Sequence record: MT360682.2
Length of the DNA: 49,828 nt
DNA from: Vibrio phage Vc1
Strand: one strand, 5' to 3'
Part shown: positions 1 through 10,102 of the stretch, piece by piece
How positions within the stretch are numbered: position 1 is the stretch's first letter
How the letters are laid out: each line of letters begins with the position of its first letter
Translations under genes and position numbers: made by a program
Notes under the pieces: generated by a model
The model's input: the letters and a program-made list of their open reading frames with translations, nothing else
Told to the model about the DNA's origin: nothing
Databases searched by the model: none

Positions 1-3
1 TAG

Positions 4-1575
4 ATGTTAATTTGGGAAGATTTAACAAGGCTTGAAAAATTAGCCATACGCGAATTGAGCAAGCAAGATTTCGACACGTTCGTTAAAATCTGGTTTCCTA
101 TTCAGCAGGGAGAAAAGTGGATTCCTAACTGGCATCACCTTTACATTGCACGCGCCATTGATGAAATTATTCAGGGGGTCAGGAAAGACACCATTTTTAA
201 CGTAACGCCTGTAGCAGGTAAAACTGAATTGCTTTCGATCCATTTTCCGCCGTATTCATACCTGAAACTTAACAAGGTGAGAAACCTTAATATTTCGTTT
301 GCTGACACTCTCGTTAAACGAAATAGCAAGCGTGTGCGCGATCTGTTTAATTCTCCAGAGTGGCAAGAACTATGGCCTGCAAAAACTGGTACGTCACGCG
401 ATGATGAATTTCAGGTTCTAAACAAGGCAGGAAAAACACACCCGGAAATGATCAGTAAATCTATGGGCGGTCAGATCACTGGCTCGCGCGGTGGTTACAT
501 TACACCGGGAATTTATTCCGGTTGCGTTACGCTTGACGATCCAGAAAAGCCAGACGATATGTTTTCGAAGGTGAAACGTGAGCGCGGTCAAATGATAGCG
601 AAGAACACAATTCGATCACGTCGCGCGCACTCAGAGACGCCGATTATCGTTATTCAGCAGCGACTACACGCGCAGGACATGACCCGGTTTCTGATGAATG
701 GCGGAATGGGTATCGAGTTTGATCGCATATCAATTCCGGCGATGGTTACAAGGGAATATGGCGAATCGCTTCCTGATTGGTTGCGGCCTCATTTTGAAAA
801 TGATGTTCTTTCGTCTGAGTCGGTGATTATTGACGGCATTGAATACTTTTCATTCTGGCCTAAAAAGGAAAGCATTCACGATCTTGTCGCTTTGCGTGAT
901 GCTGACTTATATACATTCCTTTCTCAGTATCAGCAGGAGCCGATCGCACTTGGCGGTAATGCTCTCAACGTGGAATGGTTCCAGTATTACGGAACCGGAA
1001 GAAAAGCGACAGTGCGCAAGCCCGATCGTTTTGACTACACGGTTATAACGGCTGACACCGCTCAGAAAGAAGGTGAGTTAAACGACTACTCTGTTTTGTG
1101 CTATTGGGGTATGTTCGCGGATCGCGCGTATTTTATTGACGGTGTACGCGGCAAGTGGGAAGCCCCAGCGCTGGAGACTCAATTCAAAGCGTTTGTTTCT
1201 CAATGCTGGAATCGTAATAAGGAATGCGGAACACTAAGAAAAATATACGTAGAGGATAAAGCGAGCGGTACAGGTTTGATTCAGAATTGCCGCAAGGCGT
1301 TTCCGATCGAAATTACGCCGTTGCAGCGTGATAAAGACAAGGTAACTAGATGCATGGATGCGCAGCCAGTAATTAAAAACGGTTACGTTGTTCTTCCTGA
1401 ATCACACCATATGTTAAATGAGTTTTTGGCAGAGGCGGCGGCATTCACTTACGATGATAGCCACCCTCATGATGATATTATGGATAACCTTTTTGATGTG
1501 GTTAACATCGAAATCAACCTCGCAGACAACGCTGTTGATAGAATGAAACGGCTTGCTGGATTAGCGAAGCGTTAA
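4..1575 (+). CDS. terL: Phage terminase large subunit
   Basis: 523-aa ORF; ATPase-like NVTPVAGKTE and LDDPEKPDD segments, C-terminal nuclease-like VITADTAQK; next to portal and Mu-F-like genes. Confidence 0.9.
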   Translation: MLIWEDLTRLEKLAIRELSKQDFDTFVKIWFPIQQGEKWIPNWHHLYIARAIDEIIQGVRKDTIFNVTPVAGKTELLSIHFPPYSYLKLNKVRNLNISFADTLVKRNSKRVRDLFNSPEWQELWPAKTGTSRDDEFQVLNKAGKTHPEMISKSMGGQITGSRGGYITPGIYSGCVTLDDPEKPDDMFSKVKRERGQMIAKNTIRSRRAHSETPIIVIQQRLHAQDMTRFLMNGGMGIEFDRISIPAMVTREYGESLPDWLRPHFENDVLSSESVIIDGIEYFSFWPKKESIHDLVALRDADLYTFLSQYQQEPIALGGNALNVEWFQYYGTGRKATVRKPDRFDYTVITADTAQKEGELNDYSVLCYWGMFADRAYFIDGVRGKWEAPALETQFKAFVSQCWNRNKECGTLRKIYVEDKASGTGLIQNCRKAFPIEITPLQRDKDKVTRCMDAQPVIKNGYVVLPESHHMLNEFLAEAAAFTYDDSHPHDDIMDNLFDVVNIEINLADNAVDRMKRLAGLAKR

Positions 1576-1627
1576 CGTGTAAAATCAAAGGCTGGAATAT
1601 TCCGGCCTTTTTATTGGAGAAATAACC

Positions 1628-2920
1628 ATGAGCGAAAAAGTTAAAGCGGTTAAAAGCGATGGTTACAACGAAGTTTTCAGGGGTGGTAAAACTACATTTC
1701 AGCCGATCGCATTTTATATGCAGGGTGATAAATTCACAAACCTTTCTGATTTCTATGAAGAAGATGGAATGGCGCGGCGAATTATAGACGTTGTACCAGA
1801 GGAAATGATTTCCCGTGGTTTAAAAGTTGACGGCGTAAAAGACGAAAAAGAGTTTAAATCAAAATGGGACTCATTGCGCCTTGACGGTAAATTTATTGAT
1901 GCGTTTGCTTGGGCGCGTTTGCTTGGCGGTTCCGGCTTTCTGGTTATGCTCAATGACAACAGGAAATTAACTTCACCAGTCAAGGAAGGTGCGAAGCTTG
2001 AAGGCGTTGTTGTTTACGATCGCGATCAGATCTCAGTTTCAAAGAAAGTAACTAATCCGCGCAGTGTTCGCTACGGTGAGCCTGAATTTTACAAGATCAC
2101 TCCCGGCGGTGATATCAATGAATTTTATGTTCATTACACGCGGATTTATATTAACGATGGCGAGCGAGTAACCAACCGCACACGACAGCAAAATGACGGC
2201 TGGGGTGCTAGCGTTTTAAATGCTCGACTTATTGAAGCGATCGTTGATTATAACTATTGCCACGAATTAGCAACGCAATTGCTACGCCGTAAACAACAAG
2301 CAGTCTGGAAGGCTCGCGATCTGGCTGCACTGTGTGACGACGACGACGGGCGATACGCCGCACGTTTGCGACTTGCTCAGGTTGACGATGAAAGTGGAGT
2401 TGGCAAGGCGATCGGCATTGACGCAAATGATGAGGAATACCAGATCCTTAATTCTGATGTTACAGGTGTGCCGGAGTTCTTACAGGAGAAGATTGATCGC
2501 ATTGTGTCGCTAACTGGCATTCATGAAATCATCCTCAAAAATAAGAACACTGGCGGCGTATCAGCAAGTCAGAATACAGCGTTAAGCACCTTCTATAAAA
2601 TGATTGATCGCGAGCGTGAGGATAAATACAGGCCGCTACTTGAGTTCGTTTTGCCGTTCATTCTCGACGAGGAAGAATGGAGCGTTGAGTTTGAACCGTT
2701 GACCGTTCCGAGCGACAAAGAAAAATCTGAGATCTTGGCCAAAAACGTTGAATCGATCGTTAAGGCTAAATCTGAACAGATTATTGATCTCAAAGAGGCT
2801 CGCGAGTCGTTGCGTTCCATTGCGCCGGAAATTAAAATCAGCGACAGCAACACGATCAAGATTCAGGAGCCGGAAGATATTGAACCGGAACCGGGTCAAG
2901 AAGGGGGATTAAACCAATGA
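1628..2920 (+). CDS. Portal protein, DUF1073-like
   Basis: 430-aa ORF with FYEEDGMARRIIDVVPEEM...LLGGSGFLVM, typical of DUF1073 portals; directly after terL. Confidence 0.85.
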   Translation: MSEKVKAVKSDGYNEVFRGGKTTFQPIAFYMQGDKFTNLSDFYEEDGMARRIIDVVPEEMISRGLKVDGVKDEKEFKSKWDSLRLDGKFIDAFAWARLLGGSGFLVMLNDNRKLTSPVKEGAKLEGVVVYDRDQISVSKKVTNPRSVRYGEPEFYKITPGGDINEFYVHYTRIYINDGERVTNRTRQQNDGWGASVLNARLIEAIVDYNYCHELATQLLRRKQQAVWKARDLAALCDDDDGRYAARLRLAQVDDESGVGKAIGIDANDEEYQILNSDVTGVPEFLQEKIDRIVSLTGIHEIILKNKNTGGVSASQNTALSTFYKMIDREREDKYRPLLEFVLPFILDEEEWSVEFEPLTVPSDKEKSEILAKNVESIVKAKSEQIIDLKEARESLRSIAPEIKISDSNTIKIQEPEDIEPEPGQEGGLNQ

Positions 2921-3588
2921 TGTTTCCTGATATGACAGAAAGAGACGTAACAAACGCTCTTAATGAACTAGCAGTTAACATCACCGAAAACGGCGAAGAT
3001 GTAGAGGCGGCAATTGCCGCCTTTATGACTCTTGTTTTTGGTTTTGCCGCTAGCGCATACAAATACCATACGCGACAATTTGTCAGAATGGCGAAACAGA
3101 CAGGCGGGAAGAATAACCGATCCGTCATTCTCCTGATTGGTGGCATTTACGGAAATATGAATGAGCCGTGGTTCAATTCAAAATATGCAACGTGGCGCGA
3201 GTTAATTGCGGCATCAGTTAGAAAGTTTGCGTATAATGTGCTGGATGATTGGGAGGTACAGCAGCAAATGAATCGTCTGCAGGAGAAACAGGAGACAAAA
3301 CGCCAGATCCAAAAGCGCTTGCAAAAATACAAGGCTTGGGCTAGGAACCGCGCCGCTGGTTTTGTCGGATCGTGGTATTCTGTTTTAATGTATCAGCGCG
3401 TAGTTGATTCTGGTGTTACCCATTATATTTGGCGCACTCAGGAAGATAACCGCGTTAGACCGGGGCACGCAGTGCTTAACATGAAACGGATCTCATTAGC
3501 TATAAAGCACATTTTTCCCGGTCAGGAGTATAATTGCCGTTGCTGGGCGCAACCGGATTGGAAAACAGAAACAGGGGCTTACTTATGA
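2917..3588 (+). CDS. Mu-F-like minor head / head morphogenesis protein
   Basis: C-terminal DNRVRPGHAVLN...IFPGQEYNCRCWAQP motif characteristic of the Mu F family. Confidence 0.85.
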   Translation: MMFPDMTERDVTNALNELAVNITENGEDVEAAIAAFMTLVFGFAASAYKYHTRQFVRMAKQTGGKNNRSVILLIGGIYGNMNEPWFNSKYATWRELIAASVRKFAYNVLDDWEVQQQMNRLQEKQETKRQIQKRLQKYKAWARNRAAGFVGSWYSVLMYQRVVDSGVTHYIWRTQEDNRVRPGHAVLNMKRISLAIKHIFPGQEYNCRCWAQPDWKTETGAYL

Positions 3589-4700
3589 AGAAAACGCAAC
3601 GATTTGATAGTGTCAAAGTAAAGGCGCACTTTGACGAAAACGGCTTTTTAGTTGACCGTCCAATTGTGGCGCGTATTGGTTTACAGGTATACCAGACGCC
3701 ACACGGAGAACGGCGTGAATTTCGTCCAGCATCCGAGGTGTTCAAGGCTGACAGTCTGGCAACATATGCAGGAAAGCCGATCACTCTTGGACACGTCACG
3801 GTGACGCCTGAAAATGCGGATCGCGTTGTTGTTGGTTCTTGCGCTGGTGCTGGCGTCCCAAATGGCGTAGGTGTTGAAGCACCATTAAGCATTTACGTTA
3901 AGCGAGCAATCGAAAGCGCTAAGAAGCGAGACACGGCAGAAATTAGCGTTGGCTATACGTCTATTGATATCGATAAGCCCGGTTGGGGATGCAATGAAAC
4001 GGGAGAATATATCTTTGAGGAAGATATGAAAGCAGACGAACAGCCGCCGAAAGGATGGGTTAAGTTCGATGCATTGCAGACAAATATCAGTGTTAACCAT
4101 ATTGCACTCGTATTTAAAGGGCGCGCAGGAATCGCTAAATTGAATCTTGATAGTGAGCAAGAATTTCCGTATGATAACAGCGTTAAATCTGATGCTGATG
4201 GAGATATTACTATGACTGTAAAAATTAAGCTTGACGGCGCTGTTGAGTTTGACGTGCCAAAAGAGGTAGCGACTTTCATTGATAACCTGAAAGCTGATGT
4301 TACCGCAGCAAATCAAAAAGCTGATGGCCTTGAAGCAGAGCGCGACAACCTGAAAACGAAAGTTGACGGTATTCCGGCGCAGATCGAAGAAGCGTTCCAA
4401 AAAGCGAAAGCTGATGCGGAAGAACTTGCGGCGCTCGTTGCTGTTGCTGGTGAAGCTGGAGTTAAAACCGATGGACTTGATGCGAAAGGTATTAAGATCG
4501 CATTTATCAAGGAAACGACTGGTAAAGACGTGAGCGAAAAATCCGACGCCTATATTGAAGCGGCTTTTGATATGGCTCAGGATCTGGATATCACCGCCGA
4601 AAATCGCGCTACCATTAAAGGTGACGCAGAGAAACAGACAAAAGAAGATGGCGTTGATCATGATCTTAATCCTAACGCACGTCTGAACAAACTGAAATAA
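3585..4700 (+). CDS. DUF2213-like prohead protease/scaffold fusion
   Basis: MKKTQRFDSVKVKAHFDENGFLVDRPIVARIG...YAGKPITLGH; Lys/Glu/Ala-rich C-terminus; internal start at 3585 fits the context. Confidence 0.75.
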   Translation: MKKTQRFDSVKVKAHFDENGFLVDRPIVARIGLQVYQTPHGERREFRPASEVFKADSLATYAGKPITLGHVTVTPENADRVVVGSCAGAGVPNGVGVEAPLSIYVKRAIESAKKRDTAEISVGYTSIDIDKPGWGCNETGEYIFEEDMKADEQPPKGWVKFDALQTNISVNHIALVFKGRAGIAKLNLDSEQEFPYDNSVKSDADGDITMTVKIKLDGAVEFDVPKEVATFIDNLKADVTAANQKADGLEAERDNLKTKVDGIPAQIEEAFQKAKADAEELAALVAVAGEAGVKTDGLDAKGIKIAFIKETTGKDVSEKSDAYIEAAFDMAQDLDITAENRATIKGDAEKQTKEDGVDHDLNPNARLNKLK

Positions 4701-4715
4701 TAGGAGATAAATATT

Positions 4716-5237
4716 ATGGCACAGATTAACGCATCTTACGCAGTTGCAATGGCTTACGCACTGCCCGGGCGGGTTTCTGACACTTCCGCTTATAACATTG
4801 ATGGCGCTTGCGTGGTAGATGATCAGGCGGCGGCGGTTATTAAACCGGGCTACGCGGTAACTGTTAAATCGGTTGATACGGAAGGCCACAAAGTTATTCA
4901 GGCGCTGGGTGCTAAAGCTTACGGTGTTGCCATTCGCTCTCACGCTTACACTGAAAACGTAAATGGCGAAATGGTTTACGTTCAGGGCGGTGGCATTAAC
5001 GTAATGACTCATGGGCGCGTTTGGATCGTAACTAAAGACGACGCAGCGCAGACCTTTGACACTCAAGTTAAGCTTACCGCAGCAGGTGAAGCAGACGCGG
5101 CAGGCGGTACGGTTTCGACTGGCTGGACTTACACCGGACAGTTTACCACACGGGGCGAAGGTAGCGCCGCTGTAAATCTGGCGGAAATCCAGATTACGCA
5201 GAATGCGCCGATTCCGGCAGCAGCCGTCGTACGTTAA
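4716..5237 (+). CDS. Putative head structural/decoration protein
   Basis: 173-aa ORF between scaffold and capsid genes; downstream hairpin terminator. Confidence 0.5.
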   Translation: MAQINASYAVAMAYALPGRVSDTSAYNIDGACVVDDQAAAVIKPGYAVTVKSVDTEGHKVIQALGAKAYGVAIRSHAYTENVNGEMVYVQGGGINVMTHGRVWIVTKDDAAQTFDTQVKLTAAGEADAAGGTVSTGWTYTGQFTTRGEGSAAVNLAEIQITQNAPIPAAAVVR

Positions 5238-5281
5238 TAATAAAAGCGCCTCAAGGGGCGCTTTTCTATTTGAGGTGACAC

Positions 5282-5698
5282 ATGGATTACAGGCCGATTG
5301 ATTTTAGCCCTTGTCCCGGTAATTTGCAGGACTCGACAACTTACACCATTAACGGGACGTGCTACGCGGTTAATGATTTGCGCCCCGGTGAAATAGTTAG
5401 CGTGACTGAAACCAATCAGAGATATAAGGGCATTGGCAAATTTAACGGCAAGCCTTTTGGTGTTGTGTTTCTCGATAATTGCAATTATCAGGAAGGTGAT
5501 CCGATTCCAGTAGTATCAAAAGGTAAGGTTTTTGCATTAACGAGAATGCAGGAACAGCCGGAACCGTTACAACAGGTTTTTGTTGACGATGAAGGGCTTG
5601 CGTCTCTGACTGGTGTCATCTTCGATCGCTGTTTATTCACCGGAACGTTTTACAGGGTCAATTATGATCTCTCTATCGTTGGCATTCAGTTACCATAA
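5282..5698 (+). CDS. Putative virion protein, possible distant paralogue of the preceding gene
   Basis: Shared layout (S.YNIDGACVV.. / TYTINGTCYAV..; ..AYGVAI.. / ..PFGVVF..). Confidence 0.4.
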   Translation: MDYRPIDFSPCPGNLQDSTTYTINGTCYAVNDLRPGEIVSVTETNQRYKGIGKFNGKPFGVVFLDNCNYQEGDPIPVVSKGKVFALTRMQEQPEPLQQVFVDDEGLASLTGVIFDRCLFTGTFYRVNYDLSIVGIQLP

Positions 5699-5701
5699 AA
5701 A

Positions 5702-5765
5702 AGGCTTGAACGTTTAACAAAAAATGCTATATTAAAGCCGTTATGTTGACGGCTTTTTAATAGGG
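5702..5765 (+). promoter_or_regulatory. Putative sigma70-type promoter (TTGAAC-N16-TATATT) followed by hairpin AAAGCCG..CGGCTTTTTA upstream of the capsid gene
   Basis: Direct sequence reading. Confidence 0.55.
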
Positions 5766-5773
5766 GATATATT

Positions 5774-6736
5774 ATGTCCAAAGAAATGAAGTTTGACGAA
5801 TTTGAAGCTGGCGTTGTTGGCTCTCAGTTGCAGAGGGTAGGGACGCCAAAGAAAGACGCTGTTACCGCTGGCATCTGGACGGCTCAGGAACTGCATAAGA
5901 TCAAATCTATTGCTTATGAAAAAGAGTATCCGCCGGGCTCCGCACTGCGAATCTTTCCAGTAACTAACGAGCTTTCTGATACCGATAAAACTTTTGAATA
6001 CCGGGTATTCGATAAAGTTGGTCTGGCTCAGATTATCGCAGACTATACCGACGACCTGCCGACTGTTGACGCGTTAATGACTTCTGAGTTTGGTAAAGTG
6101 TTCCGCTTGGGTAATGCTTTCCTGATCTCCATTGACGAGATCAAGGCTGGCTGGCGCACTGGTAAATCGCTGTCTACTCGCAAAGCTAACGCCGCGCAAC
6201 TGGCACACGATCAGCTTGTGAACAAACTGGTGTTCAAGGGTTCAAAGCCGCACAAAATTCCGAGCGTGTTTGAGCATCCGAACATCACGAAGATTGTTTC
6301 TGCTAAGTGGATGGATGGAGCAACCAAAAAGCCGGAAACCGCACAGGATGAACTGGAGAAAGCAATCGAACAGATTGAGACTCAGACTAACGGGATGCAC
6401 CGCGCAACTCACATTCTGATCCCGCCGTCTATGCGCAAAGTTCTTCTCGTCCGTATGCCGGAAACCACTGAAAGCTATCTGCAATACTTCCAGAAACAGA
6501 ATGCTGGCATTACCTTTGAGGCGGTTTCTGAACTGGAAAATTACGATGGCGCAGGTAATAAAGCCGTACTGGTTTACGAAAAAGATCCGATGAACATGAG
6601 CATTGAAATTCCAGAAGCGTTTAACATGCTTCCGGCTCAGGCTAAAGATCTGCATTTCAAGATTCCGTGTACGTCTAAATGCACTGGCTTAACCATCTAT
6701 CGCCCGTTAACCCTTGTGTTAATCACTGGCGTGTAA
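5774..6736 (+). CDS. Major capsid protein (DUF2184-like)
   Basis: 320-aa ORF; ITKIVSAKWMDGATKKPETAQDELEKAI and HILIPPSMRKVLLVRMPET segments; capsid position in operon; own promoter. Confidence 0.8.
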   Translation: MSKEMKFDEFEAGVVGSQLQRVGTPKKDAVTAGIWTAQELHKIKSIAYEKEYPPGSALRIFPVTNELSDTDKTFEYRVFDKVGLAQIIADYTDDLPTVDALMTSEFGKVFRLGNAFLISIDEIKAGWRTGKSLSTRKANAAQLAHDQLVNKLVFKGSKPHKIPSVFEHPNITKIVSAKWMDGATKKPETAQDELEKAIEQIETQTNGMHRATHILIPPSMRKVLLVRMPETTESYLQYFQKQNAGITFEAVSELENYDGAGNKAVLVYEKDPMNMSIEIPEAFNMLPAQAKDLHFKIPCTSKCTGLTIYRPLTLVLITGV

Positions 6737-6788
6737 TAAAATCAGGGAATCCCACGGGGTTCCCATTTTTATTTACGGAGAAATCAAA

Positions 6789-7061
6789 ATGGCAGCAGAA
6801 AAAATCATCATTATAAACACTGGCCTTTGTGTGATGTTTTTCAACGGCGAAAATGTGATGCCGGAGCATGAAATGGAAGTCGCAGAGAAAGATCTTAAAC
6901 TGCCCGGCATTGAATCGTCTATTGTTCGCGGCGAGTTTAAAGTTAAAGATGACAGCGATCTCAACGAAGAAGTTGTTGAGCGAGCGGCGAAAAGAAAGAA
7001 AAAAGATCCTGACGATGGCAAGACCAAAGACGAGCTTGAGGACGGCGGTGTATACGAATAA
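6789..7061 (+). CDS. Hypothetical protein in head module
   Basis: Well-placed ORF after the capsid gene with an RBS. Confidence 0.5.
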   Translation: MAAEKIIIINTGLCVMFFNGENVMPEHEMEVAEKDLKLPGIESSIVRGEFKVKDDSDLNEEVVERAAKRKKKDPDDGKTKDELEDGGVYE

Positions 7062-7105
7062 AATAAAAGGCGCTTATGCGCCCCTTTTTATTGGAGGTTA
7101 CTAAG

Positions 7106-7498
7106 AATGAGATTATGGAGCAGATTTATAAACTTGCCCCAGCATTTAAGAAAGTAGATCCGGCACTGCTTGAAGCATGGATTGAGCTAGCGGAGGATTT
7201 TGTTTGCCCGATCGGATTTGGCGATAAATATAATCGCGCCGTTGCATTATACACGCTTCATTTAATGACTTTGGACGGGGCGATGAAGCGGGAAAGAGAA
7301 AGCGTGGCGGCATATTCTCAACGAATCGCATCGTTTTCCCTGACTGGTGAATTTTCCCAAACGTTTGATCGTGTTAGCGCTGACTCAAGCGGAAATATGT
7401 TGCGACAAACACCATTCGGAAAAATGTATGAATTGCTAAACAAGAAGAAAGGCGGCGGATTTGGCCTTACTACTGGATTGCGGCGGAGGTGTTGCTAA
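7106..7498 (+). CDS. DUF4054-like head-tail connector
   Basis: [29 protein letters not shown]...[12 protein letters not shown]; start somewhat uncertain (ORF track begins at 7076). Confidence 0.65.
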   Translation, partial: NEIMEQIYKLAPAFKKVDPALLEAWIELAEDFVCPIGFGDKYNRAVALYTLHLMTLDGAMKRERESVAAYSQRIASFSLTGEFSQTFDRVSADSSGNMLRQTPFGKMYELLNKKKGGGFGLTTGLRRRCC

Positions 7499-7869
7499 TG
7501 GATTACAGAAATATTTCAAATATGGCTACCGATGGGATCGCGTTTTTCAGTGATGATAACGGTGATTTTGAATGCATAACGCAACAGGGAAGCGTTGAGA
7601 TCGTGAACGGGGTTGAGGTTGAGAAACCGGAAATTAAGACCACTATTTACGGCCTTGTACGCGCACCACGGACACGAGAAATTGACGGTGATCGAATCAT
7701 CGCAACTGATAAGTTAGGCGTTTTTAACAACGCTGTAGAGCTTAAAAACGGATATCACGTTATCATTAATGGTGAGCGATACATTATCAAGGAGACTAGA
7801 CCAATCAGGCCAACAGGCACAACGGTAGCATATCGCCCGATTATGCGGAGGGTTGCGGTTCATGTCTAA
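7489..7869 (+). CDS. Hypothetical connector / head completion protein
   Basis: 126-aa ORF in connector position. Confidence 0.45.
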   Translation: MLLMDYRNISNMATDGIAFFSDDNGDFECITQQGSVEIVNGVEVEKPEIKTTIYGLVRAPRTREIDGDRIIATDKLGVFNNAVELKNGYHVIINGERYIIKETRPIRPTGTTVAYRPIMRRVAVHV

Positions 7870-8302
7870 CTATTCGATCCGACAGTTTCACGGAAACGTT
7901 GATAAGTGGATTGATAGCGTGGAGAGCGGGCTTGATGATGTGATTCAGATTTTCGGTGAAAAGGTTCACGGCGCACTTGTTGAACTTGCACCAGTAGACA
8001 CCGGACGATTTCGCGGGAACATGCAGATCACAGCAAACAAGCCACCGCTTTACGCGCTCAATCAATACGACAAAGACGGTGAAAAGACAAAAGGCAGAGG
8101 AAGGCGGCAATTATACGCCTTGCTTCATGGAGGCGGAGCAATCCACTCTCTTTATTTCTCCAACATGCTTATTTACGCTAACGCGCTTGAGTACGGTCAT
8201 TCGCCGCAAGCACCAGCAGGTGTATTCGGCATTGTTGCGATCCGTCTACGTTCGTATATGGCTCAGGCAATTAAAGAGGCGAAAATGAAAAATGCACTAT
8301 GA
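7853..8302 (+). CDS. HK97 gp10-like neck/tail completion protein
   Basis: LVELAPVDTGRFRGNM...ALEYGHSPQAPAGVFGIV motif. Confidence 0.75.
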   Translation: MRFMSNYSIRQFHGNVDKWIDSVESGLDDVIQIFGEKVHGALVELAPVDTGRFRGNMQITANKPPLYALNQYDKDGEKTKGRGRRQLYALLHGGGAIHSLYFSNMLIYANALEYGHSPQAPAGVFGIVAIRLRSYMAQAIKEAKMKNAL

Positions 8303-8687
8303 ATTATCTGTTGCCGCTCGCGTGGCATTAGCCGAACAATTCGGCAAGGCTTATCCGATCCAATATGAAAACGTTGATTTCGTTCCTCCAGCTAATGGCG
8401 GTATGTATCTTAAATACGATTACATTGATTCTGACACTGAATTTTTATCACTGGATCGCAAATGCAAATCATATATAGGAATGGTTCAAATTGGAATTGT
8501 TTTTCCGCCCGGATCTGGAACTGACAAGGCGAGGCTGGTTGCAAAAGATATTGCCGATTTCTTTGAGGATGGTAAAATGCTTTCGACTGGCTATATTTCA
8601 GAAGGTGCGATTACGCACAGATTACAAAAATCAGAAACGGGATGGTTTTATCCTGTTCGTTTCTACGTTCGTTTTGATGGTAAATAA
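8292..8687 (+). CDS. Tail terminator-like protein (DUF4128-like)
   Basis: IGIVFPPGSGTDKARLVAKDIADFFEDGKM; position before tail tube. Confidence 0.6.
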   Translation: MHYELSVAARVALAEQFGKAYPIQYENVDFVPPANGGMYLKYDYIDSDTEFLSLDRKCKSYIGMVQIGIVFPPGSGTDKARLVAKDIADFFEDGKMLSTGYISEGAITHRLQKSETGWFYPVRFYVRFDGK

Positions 8688-8698
8688 GGGGGCATAAT

Positions 8699-9361
8699 AT
8701 GCACTTACCGAATGGATCGCAAATTTTCGTCGAGAACATGCGCGGCGAATCAAAAGACGCAACGGCGATCACCAACGCAACCAAGCCAGTGTTTACCGTT
8801 GCCGCTGGCGGCACTGACTTTGCAAAAGGTGATTATATTATTGTCACCGCCGCAAGCTGGGGTAAGATGATTGATCGCGTTCTGCGTGTTACCGAATCGG
8901 AGGAAACTAGCGTTACTGTTGAAGGTATCGACACCAGTGACACAAACGTATTTCCGGCTGGAAACGTAACCGCGACTTTTGCAAAAATCACTGGCTGGAC
9001 TGAGATCCCGTGTGTGCAGGACTTGGGGCAGGACGGCGGCGAGCAACAGTATTACACTTATCAGTGTTTGGCCGACGACCGGGAGCAGCAGTTACCGACT
9101 TATAAGAGCGCGGTTTCTCTCACCTACTCTTTCGCGCACGAATACGATAACCCGATTTATCCGCTGTTGCGTAAAGCTGACGAATCCGGCGATGTTCGCG
9201 CGTTGCGCATGTACGTACCGAAAGCGAAAGAAATGCGTTGCTGGGCTGGTGTTCTTTCTTTCAACGAGATCCCACAGACCGCAGTTAACGAAATGGAAAC
9301 TGTTTCTCTGTCTGTATCTCTGAAAGGGCGTTTCACCTTCCTTCCGGCTTCCGTAGAGTAA
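8699..9361 (+). CDS. Major tail tube protein
   Basis: 220-aa ORF between terminator-like gene and chaperones. Confidence 0.7.
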   Translation: MHLPNGSQIFVENMRGESKDATAITNATKPVFTVAAGGTDFAKGDYIIVTAASWGKMIDRVLRVTESEETSVTVEGIDTSDTNVFPAGNVTATFAKITGWTEIPCVQDLGQDGGEQQYYTYQCLADDREQQLPTYKSAVSLTYSFAHEYDNPIYPLLRKADESGDVRALRMYVPKAKEMRCWAGVLSFNEIPQTAVNEMETVSLSVSLKGRFTFLPASVE

Positions 9362-9365
9362 CAAA

Positions 9366-9392
9366 CAAGGGGCGCATTGCGTCCCTTTTTTA
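9366..9392 (+). terminator. Rho-independent terminator-like hairpin after the tail tube gene
   Basis: GGGGCGCATTGCGTCCCTTTTTT. Confidence 0.6.
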
Positions 9393-9435
9393 TTTGGTGT
9401 AATATCAAGCAAGTTTCAAACAGGAGAATAAAACA

Positions 9436-9750
9436 ATGGCTAAAATGAAACTGAAAACTGTTAAGCGCCTGCCTGACTTCTGGCTTCCGGTTGAGTTTGT
9501 ATTGCCAGACGGCAACGTAGCAGAATTTAAATTTAAAGTTAAACATCACACTTCCGACGAACTGAAAGAAATCACCGGACGCGAGCAAGACGATATCGAA
9601 TTCATTCTAGCCATCGCTACCGGCTGGGATCTTGAAGATGAATTTAATATCGAAAATGTTTCCGATCTCGTTAAAACTTATCCGGCGGCGGTGCTTGCGC
9701 TGATGGGTAACTACATGAAAGCGCTGGCTGGTCAACGCGTAAAAAACTAA
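9436..9750 (+). CDS. Tail assembly chaperone, short form (lambda G-like)
   Basis: Position between tail tube and tape measure; ends at a slippery site. Confidence 0.75.
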   Translation: MAKMKLKTVKRLPDFWLPVEFVLPDGNVAEFKFKVKHHTSDELKEITGREQDDIEFILAIATGWDLEDEFNIENVSDLVKTYPAAVLALMGNYMKALAGQRVKN

Positions 9751-10067
9751 AACGGGCGGTTTACCTGTATTACCAGAAGCCGCCCACAGATGAAGAATTA
9801 CGTTCTGTTGGCCTGACGCGAGAAGACTATGACGGAGAAGAACCGCCAGAAGTTATCTTTGATGAAAGCATGGCTCAATCGTGGGACGTGTTCTGTGCGA
9901 TGGGTACGCAATGGCGATCCGCTGGCATGGGCGCTTATGGCCTTGATTATAATGTTTTGCCTATGCTATTCAGAATCTATAAAATAGACGACGAAGAAGC
10001 GGCGTTAAATGACTTGCGAATCATGGAATCAAAAGCACTTGAAATGATGCAAGCAAATAACAAATAG
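9436..10067 (+). CDS. Tail assembly chaperone -1 frameshift product (lambda G-T-like)
   Basis: -1 frame is open from 9747 to 10067; slippery A AAA AAC at 9741-9747 and stem GGGCGG(9754-9759)/CCGCCC(9780-9785). Confidence 0.8.
9741..9785 (+). promoter_or_regulatory. Programmed -1 ribosomal frameshift signal
   Basis: A_AAA_AAC heptamer, zero-frame stop immediately after, 6-nt spacer, GC-rich stem-loop. Confidence 0.85.
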
Positions 10068-10102
10068 CCCCATTTTAGGGGCTTTTTTATTGGAGGTAAT
10101 TT

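Noticed and set aside
3885-5066. 393-aa minus-strand ORF
   Set aside because: Antisense to the well-supported DUF2213-like gene and lacks an RBS context; typical mirror ORF.
9092-9588. Minus-strand ORFs over the tail tube/chaperone genes
   Set aside because: Antisense mirror ORFs over well-supported late genes.
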